A stretch of 64,000 bases of DNA, taken from the NCBI RefSeq assembly GCF_009914755.1, contig NC_060939.1, one strand, 5' to 3'. The notes below the pieces were generated by a model that ran no database searches, was not told the origin of the DNA, and worked only from the letters and a program-made list of their open reading frames with translations. Origin of the DNA: the human T2T-CHM13v2.0 reference genome, Homo sapiens. Shown here in pieces: positions 39,991-55,400 of this stretch; the stretch's first letter is position 1, and each line of letters begins with the position of its first letter. Made by a program: the position numbers and the translations under genes.

Positions 39991-40352
<362 letters not shown>

Positions 40353-40633
40353 CTAGTACTAGAAAGGGGCCTGGGGCCAGGGGAGAGGGTAAAGATACCA
40401 GAAGAAGTTAGCTGAGGTAGAAGAAAGTCAAGGGTGATGTAAGAAAAAGAACATAAGTATACATAGAAATAGATGTAGATCTAAGCCCTGCTACTAATCA
40501 GCTTGAGCCACTGACTTTAGGCCTCAGTTTCTACATCTATAAATTAGCAGATTTGGTATAAAAAATTTAGATTGTTTGCTTCTTGTTTTACATTTTTATT
40601 GATTACAAAAGTTATATAAAACTAGTAATTGGA

Positions 40634-42850
40634 GTTCCACTTCTGGCATGACAGCGTAAGGAACTCCAGTGACCTGCTCACCAGTGAAGCAGATGACAAT
40701 CATTAAAAAAACAAAAAACAAGCAAACAGAAGTCTCTATAAATGGTCCTAAAGGCAAATGAAAAGAAAAATATCTTCAAGCAAGTCTATGAATATTCAGC
40801 AGGAAAGGAGAGAGTCTGTGGTATCTGCCCCAAGACCGCTTCCTTCCTCTCCCCTCCCAGCTCAGTGAGGCTCTTTTCCTCATCCCTCCTGCTCAGCTGA
40901 GTGTAGAGATTCCACTCCAGATGGCTGTGCCCAAGAACACAGGGTTCTCTCTCCCCCCAGCTCCCACTGCTTTCTTCCTGGGAGGAGCAGGATATCAGCA
41001 TTTCTCATCTTGCCCTCAGCTACCTGTTGCCGAGGCTTAGTTCCAGGCCAATGCCAGTGAGAGGTGAGGGCTCCCTTATTCTGCTCAGCTTGTGCTATGC
41101 AACAGAGGAGGTTGAAAATACTAGGGCCCTGATCACTCTTGTCCCACCACAGCTTGTGGGGTGATGGTTCCATATCAGAAGCGGTAAGCCAAGAAGACCC
41201 CAGTCTGATGTCACACCCTTGACCCCCCAACTCCACTGATCACTCAGCTAGAGCAGAAGGAAGTTTGTCATCATCCTCACCTCCAGCTCCAGAGCTGTCT
41301 CAGAGATTTTGCCTGGGGGAGAAGCAGGCCATACAACAGGTAGCTCCTAATCTCTTCCCAAAGGAACTGACTGCATTTGCAATAGAGAGTGGAGAAGTTC
41401 AAACCTAAGGGCCCTCTCTGGTGAAAGGCAATTGATTCATGAGTCTAGGTCTTAGGACAATACTGTCTACATGGTAGGCCAGCTTGTCTGCAGGAGAGAA
41501 CTGGAGAATAAAACAGCTGGGAGAAATCCTGTTGGGGTCAGAACAAATCTTAAACATGAACCTCAGGAACTGTGTCTCTAAAGGAGTCACAATTTGATTG
41601 GATTAATTTATAAAGAAATTTATGCCCCAGGGAATTGTTGAAAACAACAGAATGTTCAGCAGGCAATTAGCAGAGTTAAACAGCTAGGAGTCAATGGGGA
41701 AAGAAAGAGAACTGAACCAATACGGTTCATCCCACTCAGGGTGACTGTGGCCATACCCAAATCTGTACCTCCCTAAGGAGCAACATCAGAGGCTTAACAC
41801 TATGGAGTAGGGGTAGGGAGTAGGGGATGGGAGAAATAGACTTCACTAAAATCTAATCACTGAAAAATAAACAAGCAAATAACAAACACACGTCTTAGAT
41901 GGGAATGCCAGTACCCAGCACTGCTACAATATATTATCTAAAATGTTCAGTCTCAAAAAAATATTGTAAGCCATATAAAGAAACAGCATACACTGGAGCA
42001 AAGAAGGCAATAGAAACTGCTCGTGAGAATAACCGGATATCATATTCAGTAACAAAATACTTTAAGATAGCCATTATACAAATACGTTCACAGAACTAAA
42101 GGAAACTGTGATTAAAGAAGGAAGGTAGGATGACAATGTGGCATCAAATAGAGAATGTTAACAAACAGAAATTACAAAACAGAGCCAAATGGAAATTCTG
42201 GGGTTGAAAATTACATAACTGAAATAAAACATTTACCAGAGTGGCTCAACAGTGGATTTGAAGTAGTGAGAAAAAAAATTAACAAACTTGAAAATAGATT
42301 GATAGAGGCTATGCAAGATGAAGAAAAGAGGGAAAAAAGAATGAAGAAAAATGAACAGAACCTCAGAAAAAAAATGTGGGAGACCATCAAATACATCAAC
42401 ATAGACATAATGGGAGTATCAGAAAGAAAGGAGAGAGAGAAAGGAGGAGAATAAATATTTAGAGAAACAATGGTTGGCCAGGTGCAGTGGCTCACACCTG
42501 TAACCCCAGCACTTTGGGAGGCCGAGGCGGGTGGATCACGAGGTCAGGAGGTCGAGACCATCCTGGCTAACACGGTGAAACCTGTCTCTACTGAAAATAC
42601 AAAAAATTAGCTGGGCATGTTGGTGGGCACCTGCAGTCCTAGCTACTTGGGAGGCTGAGGCAGGAGAATGGCGTGAACCCAGGAGGTGGAGCTTGCAGTG
42701 AGCCGAGATGGCGCCACTGCACTCCATCCTGGGCGACAGAGTGAGACTCTGTCTCAAAAAAAAAAAAAAAAAAAAGAAAAAAAAAGAAAAAGAAACAATG
42801 GTTGAAAAGTTTTATATAAAATTGTTGTAACAGTGAAACAACATAAAGAT
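40634..42850 (+). mobile_element. Old L1M 5' UTR plus degraded ORF1
   Basis: Starts ttccacttctggcatgacag. ORF 42155-42454 gives L1 ORF1-like coiled-coil sequence (EKRMKKNEQNL...WETIK...IMGVSE). Confidence 0.8.
42476..42792 (+). mobile_element. AluY inserted in L1 ORF1
   Basis: Y diagnostics. TSD agaaacaatggtt on both sides. Confidence 0.95.
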
Positions 42851-43469
42851 TTATAAAGTAAATGCTCATAAACTCTCACCCAGGATTGTGGTCTTCACCC
42901 ACTATGAGGCAACCAATGTCACAGTTGGTGTGTATTCTTTCATACTTTCCTCTATGCTCATGCAAAACTAAGCAAATATACATATACATATTTAGTTTTT
43001 ATATATAAAATAGATAAATGATATTCTGTTGTTTGGATGCATTGCAATTTATTTAGCTATTTCCCTATTTTACCATTTTCCTGCCAGATTTTCAACAACT
43101 ATGATTCTGTTTATCTAACAGAAGCCATTATTATGTTAAATTTATTCTCAACCACATTCAGCCTGATTTTTGAAGACCACAGCCAGACTTGTATTGGAAC
43201 AGGTTTAATAGACTTTACTGTCATTTGTAGGGCATGGACCAGCCTAATTTGAATATTTAGGTGTGGGAGGTTACAGTGGGAAAGCAAGAAGCATGAAAAA
43301 GACTAACTTGTTCAATATGTCATTTGGTTCAGCCTGATTGCCCGTATATCAAGTGTGATTTTGAAAAAGTTTTAGACTTTGATTGTATTACCCAGAAAAA
43401 TAGACTATGAATTTTGAGGTCTGGGTTCGACTTCTAACTTAGTCACTTTTCAGTTAACCTTGGCCAGAA

Positions 43470-43865
43470 CCTAGTGCTAGGTGGTAACCAATCACAAAAT
43501 TTCAGTGGCATACAACAGTAAGGACTAGTTTATCTCACGTGTCGGTGGGGCAGCCTGGGGGTTTGTTGGGTGTGGGATAGATTGATCTAGGCATGGCTCA
43601 GTGGGGGTGGCTCTGTTTTGTGTGTCTTTTTGGGACCAGAAGGCTAGACTGGTGATGGCAGAGGGGCAAGAGAGCAAGTCCAACTGCAAAAGCACATTCT
43701 AAGCCTCTGTTTGCATCCCATCTGCTAACATCCCATCAGCCAAAACAAGACACATAGCTAAACCCATAGTCAAAGGGGCACTGCAAATTTACATGGCAAA
43801 GAGTATAGACAGATGATCCTATTACTGGGGAGGAAGGAAAGATTTGGAACCATATCACAGTCTAC
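43470..43865. mobile_element. MLT1H-like LTR
   Basis: ggtgatggcagaggggcaagagagcaag...aagcctctgtttgcatcccatctgctaacatcccat. Confidence 0.7.
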
Positions 43866-45299
43866 TGTAGTCAACTACTAGCAAGTTATTTAGTGTTATC
43901 TGAAGGAAGGAGATGATACTATCTAACTTTGTAATTTTGTCGTGAGGGTTAATTGCAATATTTCATGTACCTCCCCTGACATGTCATACATAATCAATGG
44001 CTATCAATTTTCTTCCTTTACAAAAGCTATAATGGATATTATAATTCTTTTATGTTCGAAATCTTATACGATGTTGGCCAAACTGATAACATTTAAAAGT
44101 GTGAAATAATTAAAAAATTCTTTTTCTAACATACGAGTAAAATAATGGATTTTTTCCTATTGTGTTCCTACTAGGTTCCACTTGCAAAAATATTTTTGCA
44201 TAGTTGAATCCAGAGTATATGGCCATTCTGAATACTGCTATTTTAAATTTTCTTATATCAAAACATTATCTGAAGCTGCTACACTCCTTTCCCATGAATC
44301 CCTTCTTGTGGTTGTATGATAGTTTGTCATTTGTTGGACCATAATGAGGCAAACTATTTCAGGGAGAGGTCTCAAGGCCTCCGGGCTGGGCATTCGTTAC
44401 CTGAGCTGGTGTCCTGTTGGTTTTAGAGCATTGGCACCTGCTGAGTGATTGTGGCAAGGATCTTAGGGTGCAGGGCTCTCGAGCTCCTATAAATCCTCCC
44501 TTCCCTGAGAAGACAAGCTAGCATACTGGAAAAGCAATAAAGTCCTCCATGTTATATTAGTGTGACTGCTGCCCGTGGGAGGACAAACAAAGCCATCTGC
44601 AGGTGCTGTCAGTGTCAATAACACATGACAGCAGGCTTCAACTCCACTGAGCTGATTTGGTGGTCTAAAATATTTGGCCACACATAGGACTGCGTCTGTG
44701 GCTTTGTATATTGGTTGAAGGTGCTACCAAAGCTCATTTGTTAAATTTTTGAAAAGCAGGTGAAACGGACCTAGAATTGGTTTAATGAAGATGTGGCTCA
44801 TGAGGGCAATGAGCAGCAGGTGGGCTCTGCTCTCTGGGCAAGGTTAGTCCAGTTAAGGAAAGCTTTGTCAGCAAGCTGTTGATCTCTTTGGGGCCCAGAT
44901 GGCAACCCACTGTTGCCGAGACTAGTTCCATGGCTAGACTCAAAAGGATCCATCATGTCAAACTAGGAGTTCAGTTCAGCCAGGAAAAAAACACAAAACT
45001 TCTTTTGCTTAGGATTGTCTAATAAAACATTTGCTCGTGGGTTGCCCAGGGCCCTCTGCCTGCGAGACTGGCTCACTGTGCACTCTATTCTCTGCCACAT
45101 AATAACCAACCCTCCGGAAGTGGTTATATCATGTTTTGGGTTTGCCCAGAAATGTTTTGTTCAGAAGAGTCTCAGAGAATGGCCTCAGGATTCATCACGT
45201 TTTTCATGAACCTCTTTCTATTCTCCTTTGAAACGTCTCTCTATTCCATCTCTGTGCCTCACTCTGCACACTCAGCAAGGGGTCCCCGCAGGGATGGAT

Positions 45300-45515
45300 G
45301 GATGGTGCAGTAGTGAAGAGCATGGGCTGAAGAGCCAGGCTGCCTGGGCTTGACACTTTAGCCACTCAGATGTTGTCACCTTGGCAAGTCGCTTAACCTC
45401 TTGGTGTATTCATTTCCTCACCTTTAATATGGGGATAATAATGGCACCTACCTCATAGTATTGTTTCAATAATTAATGGATTATGTAAAGTGGTTGGAGG
45501 AGTTCCTGGCAAGTG
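45300..45515. mobile_element. MIR
   Basis: accttggcaagtcgcttaacctct...atggggataataatggcacctacctcatag. Confidence 0.8.
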
Positions 45516-45645
45516 GTGTTATGTAAGATGACTACTACTATCTTGAGATCTTAATGAACATCAATTAAATGAGATGATGCATCTGACATTCTGTCATAGA
45601 GAGGACGCTGAATTATAAATATTATCACCACTAATAATGGTAATA

Positions 45646-46186
<541 letters not shown>

Positions 46187-49100
46187 TCAGATCTTTGAAA
46201 TATTTTCCCTCAAAACCCAATTTGGAAAAGTTTTTCCATGACCTGTCGAATGGGAGTGGAAATTTCAGATGAGGAGAATCGTTGGAGGAAGTGGAGTTCT
46301 GAACCCTTCTCAAGTAATGGTAATCAACAAACTGCCCTTCTCACCTCTAAGGGAAGTAATGGGAATTTATTAATATCTCCCCTGTGCCAGACATTGATCT
46401 TGGTGCTTCAAATGCATTATCTCTAATAAAAATATGTTAATAGCTACCATTTTTTGACCACCTGGAATGTGCCAGGCATTTTATATAATTTATCTCTAAC
46501 ATCCATAACATTTTAGCAGAGTAGGTATTATTATTCCTATCTTCAAGGTGAGGAATTGAGGTTCTGTAATATGTCACATGGCAAGTATTTGGAGCCCAGG
46601 TTCAAGCTCAGGTCTGGAGGCTTCAAAGCATCTCTTTGTGAAACCATGATGGGGGAATTTGGCATTCTCAGCAGCACTTAAGAAGATTAGGGAATGAAGG
46701 GGAAAAGCAATGATAAGAATAGCAGACGTTCACATTCACCTCGCAATATAGAAAGTGCTTCCCAATGCAGTTTCTCATTTGATTCCAAGAGTGTGCACTC
46801 TGGGCCCCACCTCCCTCCAGCCTCTGCTTCCACAGTTCCCTTAGTGGGAGGCTCTTTCCAAGGAGCCTGGTCTGCTCCTCTGAACTCACTTGGCTCTTAT
46901 GATTTCTTGCCTTTTCTCACATTCACCCCTTCTCATAGTTAACTTGATGAGTCTTCCAAGTTCCAGTTTGCCTTCCCTGAGCAGCTCATCCTAGCTCCCC
47001 TAGACAGAATTGATTGTTCCGTCTTTACACTGCAGAATTTTATTCAAACTCATTTGTTGCACATTGAGTTACGATCGCATGTTGGAAGATTGAATGGGTG
47101 AGCGCAAAGTAGCATCTTTCAGCTAGGTTAGGTAGGCATTAGTCCTCTCTTGTTTTGGTTTTTAAATGAGAATAGTAAAGCTTAGATTCGGTGACCTGTC
47201 CAAGGTCATACAAGTGGTCAGTGGTACAGCTGGGCCTTCAGACTTGATTTTAGGAACCAGGGACCCAAGGATGCCAACCCAGGATTGTAGCCATAAAACT
47301 TAAATGCTCATCAACTCATTTCCCAGTCTCTTCCCTGAAGGAACACAGTTTTTAAGCCGGGATTGATTAGCTTAACAAGAGAACTCTTACAGAATGAATG
47401 CAAAAAGCATCTATAACCTCCTATTTATATGTGTCTTAGTTTTCAAACCACCCTCTATTCTACCCACTTCCCTAGTTATGTCAAGAAGGTCAGTTGGTGA
47501 TAAGACTTTTTCTAACTTACTGAGATAAGCAAGTGTGTTTTCTGCGGGATCTTTAAATAAAAGGAATGCTCCCACTACAAACATCTCACCCTCTCCCGTC
47601 CCTCTCCCCATGTCCATGTGGATACTTTCTTTGGAGAGTCTCACTCCCTCTAATGACTCTGTGGGAAATTTTGTACTTTCACACCCAAGAGGCTAATTAA
47701 AATAAATCAATTAAAGTCAGACTGGTGAAGGCAGTGATCCAACAAAGGGGAAGAAATGAGCAAAGGATGTTTATCATAATGGAAGCTGGAAGGCGAATAT
47801 TGCCTAAACACTCATTTACAGGCCGGGGGACTGACAGCCAGCTCCTGATTTAGGAGGCCTTGATGAGGCTACAGCTTCAGCGCTCCCACATTTTTCTCAA
47901 GAGTTTCCTTCTGCAGGCTGGCTTCAGGTTCAGGTCTTCAATCAGTCAGGGCAGAGAGATAGCACATATCAGCCAGAGCAGATGGCCTGCCCTGTTTTCC
48001 CTTTGAAAGTTGGAATCTGAAGCTGTATTAGTGCCAGGCTTAATATTAATTATAACCATGACCTTCCTGGCTAGACTTCCTGATTGTTTTTGGTAAATTT
48101 TCCTTGGAGATAAGGAGGAAACCATTAAACTCAGATTATGGTTTGCCAGTTCTAGGAAGCACCTATTAGGACATCTAACACTGCTCTAGACAAGAAGAAA
48201 ACAGCCCAACCTTGGGCACGTAAATGAATGACACACTGCCATTCCTGAGAGCAGCTCCAAGATCGGCTCAATGGATCTTCCTCATCTATCACTCTCTAAC
48301 CCTGGAGGCTTGCCTTCTGATTGCTTTATCAAGATAGTGGAAATGTGGGTTAAGAATCCTTAAGAAGATCTGAAAAGAAGCTTTGTCTTTTTTATTCATC
48401 TTTTTTCCTCCTTGTCTTAGGCCCCCTGCCCCCACTCTCTCTTAGATCAAGGTTGTTTATTACAGTCTGCATGCCCTCCGGCGACAGGGCAGGACTCAAT
48501 TTGAAGAACTCATTGAAAACTGAGATTTTTATTTTTTATTTTTACTCCTGAAGCCAGAATCTCAGCGCTGAACTGGGGAATGATCCCTGTTATATACCTG
48601 GGCTAAACCTTTTTCATTAATTTCTCTTCCTACTACTATGAATCTTATGTAAGATTCAGACTTTGATCTCCTGCAGTTTCACAAATGTTTGTTTTTTTTT
48701 TTGTTTTTTTTTTTTTTTGAGAACTTAACACTCTTGGTTATTATATCTCAGATGAATACTTTTATGTCTGTATTTTCTACTTGTTATTTTAAAACCTAAG
48801 TCCATTAGAGAGTTGGGAGTGTAGCCTCAATTATACCTTAACGATTGATGACCTTCGGAGTGGTTGCCTTGGGTATACATACTATTATTTAGAATCATTT
48901 AGGTTCAAGTGGAAGAAAATAACACTAGTTAAGCATAAGGGAGATTTATTTTACAGATACTAGCGTGTCTCACAGAACCCAAGAACACAAATATTATCAG
49001 TTCTCAGGACTCTTGGGAACAGGAACTCAGTTCTCAGAATTGACTTTCTATTTCTTTTATCTCTGATTCTGTCTGCATAGCAACATCTTTCTTCACCTTC

Positions 49101-51499
49101 TCTGAGTGTAAAGGTTTCCTCCATCTCTCTAGTCAACGTCACAGAAGACAAAAATACAGTCTGAGTTTCCCATCCTACGGTAAACTACTCAGGAGTGACT
49201 TTTTTTCTTGGTTCTAGTTCCAAGATTACTCTGCCAGCACTCTGGTCGGCCTACCTTGGGACAGGTGCCCAACTCATAGGGCTCACGTGGCGTCAATACA
49301 GATGGAGGTGGGTCTCAGATAGGGGTGTTCAGAAGAGGAAAATTAGGCAAAGAAAGAAGAAACTTGTCCCTATATTTATAAACCATTCACTAAGCAAATT
49401 CATTAGTTTTGCTAATTAAGTCAATTCATTTTCCCAGGAAATGATGAGTTGTAGATTTTTAGTCTATGAGTTATTAGCCTCTATTATTAATTGGATTTAG
49501 TTACTTAAAGAAATCAATTCCTTTACTGATGAAGCATTGATTTAGAAACATCTATTTACATTGTTCTTTCCCTTAAGCAAGTTATAATAAGAGCAAACAT
49601 GTAAAGGGCTTACTGTGTGTAGTAGGCACGGTTCTATGTTGTGTGTATATGTGTGTGTATGTGTGTATATATGTGTGTGTATACTCATTTTGGTCCTCAA
49701 AACAGAAAAATGAGGCATAGGGAATTTGAAAATTTTCCCATGGACAAGAGGTAATTAGTGGTGGACCTTAGATTTGGATCTATATAAAGAAACGGGATTG
49801 GAGGTGTATTCAAATTAACAGCTAATAGAATAATGCAGTGCAGAATGTGGTATAATGACTGTATTTTAATCTGTCCTAGAATTTGGAGATGTCTAGAAGC
49901 CACATGAACTAGTCTCATTCCTTCATGGTTACTTTATTTTTTTAACGAAATTAGTAGTCTTAACACAGTTGATCACTATTGTGCTACAATCCCAAAGAAA
50001 ATAGTTTACATTTTACCAGATAACTATTTATGGTGGCCTGCTTGGAAGTGACTATAAGGGGATGAATATTTTCTGTTCATTTTATAGATGGAAAAAGTAA
50101 AGATAAAGCCTTGAGAACCAGAATGCTCACGAGGCAGAATCCTGCAGCTACGTAATGCCAGGCCCTGTGTTTTCAGAATATATTAAAATTTTGCATTTTG
50201 TATTGCTTCATGTCAATATCCAAGTCATCTCAGTTTTCTCATTTCCATGATAGGTATAAATATATTTCTGTCTCTACTGAAAATAGAAGCTGTTGAGGAT
50301 AAAACGCATATAAATTAAAAAGCATTTTTATAGATAAAAAATGCTATGGAATGTTCAATGCTGTTATCTTCACCATTGATTTTACCATAAGATCTACCCT
50401 CCCGTGTGTTGGAATAGTCTTCTGACATAGGATTTTATTGCTAGGAGGGTCCTTAGAGGTCATTTATTCCAAAGGCTCATTTTACAGATGAACACACTGA
50501 GGCCCAGGGAGGCCTATGTGACTTACAAAAAAGTCACACACGACCAAAAAAAGAAAAAAGTTCTCCAGTATTAGACTTGTCTAAGGGTAAACATCTCATG
50601 GAGTGGCTCCTTTGAAATGTGTGCACAAAATCAGGCTGAGGCTTTTGTCTATTTCACATAAAACGTCTCCTCTGCTATTTGACATCACAAATGAAAGCAC
50701 AAGGCCAGATGCTTAATTGCTTCTAAATGGAGGCTATTAAACGATAAGCAAGTTTTTGCCATCTTTTCTGTGGGTCATTGTGTCTTCTCCAAAGTCATTG
50801 TATTTTTGTTGTTTGTTAGCTTATTTCCAAACTGGGAATTATGAAACTGATTTTTAAAGCATTAGAATGACTCATGGAAAACTGTAATATAGCATTTCGA
50901 GATTTTTCAGGGATTATGCTCTACCTTACATTTCCATTTGGTATGCAATTAAATGTCCATAACTAGAATATTTCTAGTCAGCTTTTAGCACAACATAAAG
51001 CTGTAAATGCAAAGAACAAGGTTGTTCCTGGGCAAATAGTCATTGAGAGTCTGCTTTTCTTTCCTTCTTTAATAAACAGAACTTATGAGATTATAAATAA
51101 AATTTATATTTATTGTAGAAAAATTTTAAAAATGTTTCAAAAGTAGGAAAAAGAATAAAAATACATAATCTCACCTCAGAGACAGTCTTCTTTATTATTT
51201 CAGTGTATTTCATTCCACTCTTTATTTTTTACATTTTTATGGTGAGAAAAGTATATAAAACAGATATGTAGGCCTAACATATAGTAATAATGCTTAACGA
51301 ATATTACTAAACAAAATGCCTGTGTTCACACCAATTTCTTACTCATTCAGGTCAGGAAATACAACATTATAGGCACCCCAGAAAACACCTAAGTGGTCAC
51401 AACCTCCTCCCTTCCCCTTCAGTAATTTTTTTTTTTTTTTAGTTTTAGTTTTTTTTAGTTTCTTTGTATAGTGTTACTACTGTTACATGTATCTTTAAA

Positions 51500-51500
51500 C

Positions 51501-51533
<33 letters not shown>

Positions 51534-51543
51534 ACTCACACAC
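51500..51543. repeat. (CA)n microsatellite
   Basis: CA run with two interruptions. Confidence 0.95.
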
Positions 51544-51544
51544 G

Positions 51545-52395
51545 AGTTTCTCCTATTACTAACATCTCATATTAGTATGGTACATTTGTTACAATTAATA
51601 AACTAATATTGGTACATTATTATTAACAAAAATCTACAGTTTATTCAAATTTATTGCAATTTTTACCTAAAGTCCTTTTTTCTCCACCAGGATCCCATTC
51701 AGGATTCCACACTGCATGTAGCCATTATTGTCTTTCTAGACTCCTCTTGGCTATGATTGTTTTTCAGACTCTCTTTGTTTTTGGTGGCCTCGACAGTTTT
51801 GAGGAGTACTGGTCAGATGATTCGTAGGATGCCTTTTTATTGAAATCTATTTAATGGTTTCCCTCAGGATTAAACTGGTCTTACAGTTTTTTTGGAGGAA
51901 TATCACAGAGACAAAGTGCCGTTTTCACCTGATCATCTAAAGGGTACGTACCATCAGCATGATTTATGATGTTGATGCTGACCTTGATCGCTAGGCTGAG
52001 GTAGTGTCTGCCAGGTTTTTCTGCTGTAAAGTTTCTGTTTTCCTCCTCTCCATGCTGTACTCTTTGGAAGAAAGGCACTATAAACAGACCACACTTAAAA
52101 CGTGAGGAGTTATGTTCCCCTCCTTGAGGAAAGATTGTCTATGTAAATTATTTAGAATCCTTCTGCGTGAAAGATTTGCCTTTTGTTTCCCATTTAATTA
52201 ATTTATTCAATTATGTATTTATAGGTACATCAATTTTGTATTTATGGACTCATGAATATTATGTGTGTTTATTTTGGGTTTTAATATAATACTACTTAAT
52301 TTTGTTACTCAAATTTTTCCATTTGGCCACTGGGAGCTCTTTCAGTTACCTCCTGTGCCCCTTTGATATACTCATTTCAGTGTATATGTGGGATT
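51545..52395 (-). mobile_element. L1MC-like 3' region, left half, split by L1MA
   Basis: caggatcccattcaggattccacactgcat...ttttgaggagtactggtcag. Continues at about 58880. Confidence 0.75.
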
Positions 52396-52404
52396 TAAAA
52401 AATT

Positions 52405-55400
52405 TATTTGTATATTCATTTTTTTTTTGTGGGTACATAGTAGGCATGTATATTTACAAGGTGCATGAGATATTTTAATAAGGCATACAATATATATTCA
52501 TCACATCAGGGTAAATGGGGTATCCATCACCTCAAGCATTTATCCTTTCTTGGTGTTACAAACAATCCAATTATACTATTTTAGTTATTTAAAAATGTAC
52601 AATAAATTAATGTTGACTGTAGTCACCCTGTTGTGCTAGCAAATACTAGTCTTACTCATTTTATCTGACTATAATTTTGTATCCATTAACCATCCCTAAT
52701 TCCCCTACACAACTGCTACTCTTCCCAGCCTCTGGTAACTATCCTTCTACTCTCTATCTCCATGAGTTCAATTGTTCTAATTTTTAGCTCCCACAAATCA
52801 GTGAGAACATGCAAAGTTTGTCTTTCGATGCCTGCCTTATTTCACTTAACAATGACCTCCAGTTCCATCCATGCTGTTGCAAATGACAGGATCTCATTCT
52901 TTTTATGGCTGAATAGTACTCCGTTGTGTATATGTACCACATTTTCTTCATCCATTCGTCTGAAAATGGACACTTAGGTTGCTTCCAAACCTTGACTATT
53001 GTGAATAGTTGCTACAATAAACATGTGAGTGCAGATATGTCTTTGATTTATTAATTTCCTTTCTTGGGGGTATATACCTAGCAGTAGAATTCCTGGATCA
53101 TTTGATAGTTCTAGTTTTAGTTTTTTGGGAACCTCTAAACTGTTTTCTACAGTGGTTGTACTAGTTTACATTCCCACCAACAATGTACCAGGGCTCCCTT
53201 TTCTCCTCATCTTCACCAGCATTTATTATTTCCTGTCTTTTGGATAAAAGCCATTTTAACTAGGGTGAAATGATATTTTCACCCCAGTTTTGATTTGCAT
53301 TTCTCTGTTGATCAATGGTGCTGCACACCTTTTCACATACCAGCTTGACAATTGTATGTCTTCTTTTCAGAAATGTCTATTCAGATCTTTTGCCCATTTT
53401 TGAATCGGATTATTCAATTTTTTTCCTGTTAAGTTGTTTGAGCTCCTTATATATCCTGGTTATTAGTCCTTTGTCAGATGGATAGTTTGCAAATATATTC
53501 TCCCATTCCATGGGTTGTTTTTGACTTTGTTGATACTTTTCTTGGCTGTGCAAAAGCTTTTTAACTTGATGTGATCCTATCAGTCCATTTTTGCTTTGGT
53601 TGCCTGTGCTTGTGGGGTATTACTCAAGAAATCTTTGTTCAGTTTAATGTCCTGGAGAGTTTCCCCAATGTTTTCTTCTAGTAGCTTCATAGTTTGAGGT
53701 CTTAGATTTAAGTCTTTAATTCATTTTGATTTGTTTCGTATATGCAAGAGATAGAGTCCAGTTTCATTATTCTGCATATGAATACCCAGTTTTCACAGCA
53801 CAATTTTTGAAGAGACTGTTTTTTCCCTAATATATATTCTTGGCACCTTTGTTGAAAATGGGTTCACTGTAGATGTATGGATTTGTTTCTGGATTCTCTC
53901 TTCTATTCCATTGGTCTATGTGTCTGTTTTTTTAATGCCAGTATCAAGCTGTTTTGGTTGCTGTAGCACTGTAGTATAATTTGAAGTTAGGTAATGTGAT
54001 TTTTCTAGTTTTGTACTTCTTGATTGGGATAGCGTTGGCTCTTCTGGGTCTTTTGTGGTTCCATGTAAGTTATAGGATTGTTATTCTGTTTCTGTGAAGA
54101 ATGTCATTGGTATTTTGATAGGGATTGAATTGAATCTGTACATTGTTTTGGGTAGCATGAACATTTTAACAATACTGATTCTTCTAATCCGTGAACATGG
54201 AAAATTTTTCCATTCTTTTGTGTCCTCTTCGATTTCTTTCATAAATGTTTTACAGTTTTCATTGTAGATATCTTACTTCTTTGGCTAAATTTATGCATAA
54301 ATATTTTATTTTGTTTGTGGCTCTTGTAAATTAGATTACTTTCTTGATTTATTTTTCAGATTGTCTGCTGTTGGCATATAGTAATGCAACGTGTTTTTGT
54401 GTTGATTTCATATCTTGCAACTTTACTGAATTTATCAGTTCTAATAGGTGTTTGGTGGTGTCCTTAGGTTTTTCCAAATGTAAGATTATACCATCTGCAA
54501 ACAAGGATATTTGGCTTTTTAAAAAAATTCTATTTTTTAATCTTTTTTAAAAAGGTGTTACCTTTTCTTAGGATTACTTGCACTCTGCTTTGGAGCTCAG
54601 AAAAATCTCTCTCAAGGAGTTAATCTCTCTCTCCTTTTAAACATTTATTTTTGGTTCAGGGGTACATGTGCCGGCTTGTCATATAGGTAAACTTGTGTTA
54701 TGGGGGTTTGTTGTAAAGATTATTTTATGACCCAAGTACTAAGCCTAGTTCTCAATAGTTATTCTTTCTGCTTCTGTCCCTCCTGCCACCCTCCACCCTC
54801 AGGTAGGCCTTAGTGTCTGGTGTTCCCCTCTTTGTGTCCATGTGTTCTCATCATTTAGCTCCCACTTATAAATGAGAACATGTGCTGTTTGGTTTAGTTT
54901 GACTTCCTGTCTTTTTATTTGGATGCCCTTTATTTCTTTCTCTTGCCTGATTGCTCTGGCCGGGACTTCCAATATGATGTTGAATAGGAATGGTGAGAGA
55001 GGGCATCCTTGTCTTATGCTGGTTTTCAAGGGGAATGCTTCCAGCTTTTCCCCACTGAGTATAATGTTTGGGTTTGTCATAGATGGCTCTTATTATTTTG
55101 ACGTATGTTTCTTCACCACCTAGTTTCTTCAGAGTTTTTAACAGAAAGGAATGCTGAATTTTATTGAAAGCCTCTTCTTCATCTATTGAGATGATCATGT
55201 GTTTTTTGTCTGTAGCTCTCAAACAAGGATAACTTCACTTCTTCTCCAATTTGAATGCCCTTTGTTTGTCTTGTCTGATTGCTCCAGCTAGAACTTCCAG
55301 TAGTATATTGAATAACAGTGGTGAAAGTGAGTATCCTTGTCTTGTTCTAGATCTTAGAAGAAAGGCATTCAGTTTTTGTCCATTCAGTATGATACTAGTT

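Noticed and set aside
42155-42454. 99-aa coiled-coil ORF
   Set aside because: Degraded L1 ORF1 fragment with an AluY inserted just after it.
54799-55222. Reverse-transcriptase-like ORFs (RQGCPLSP motif)
   Set aside because: Short frameshifted L1 ORF2 remnants, not a functional gene. Covered as a mobile element.
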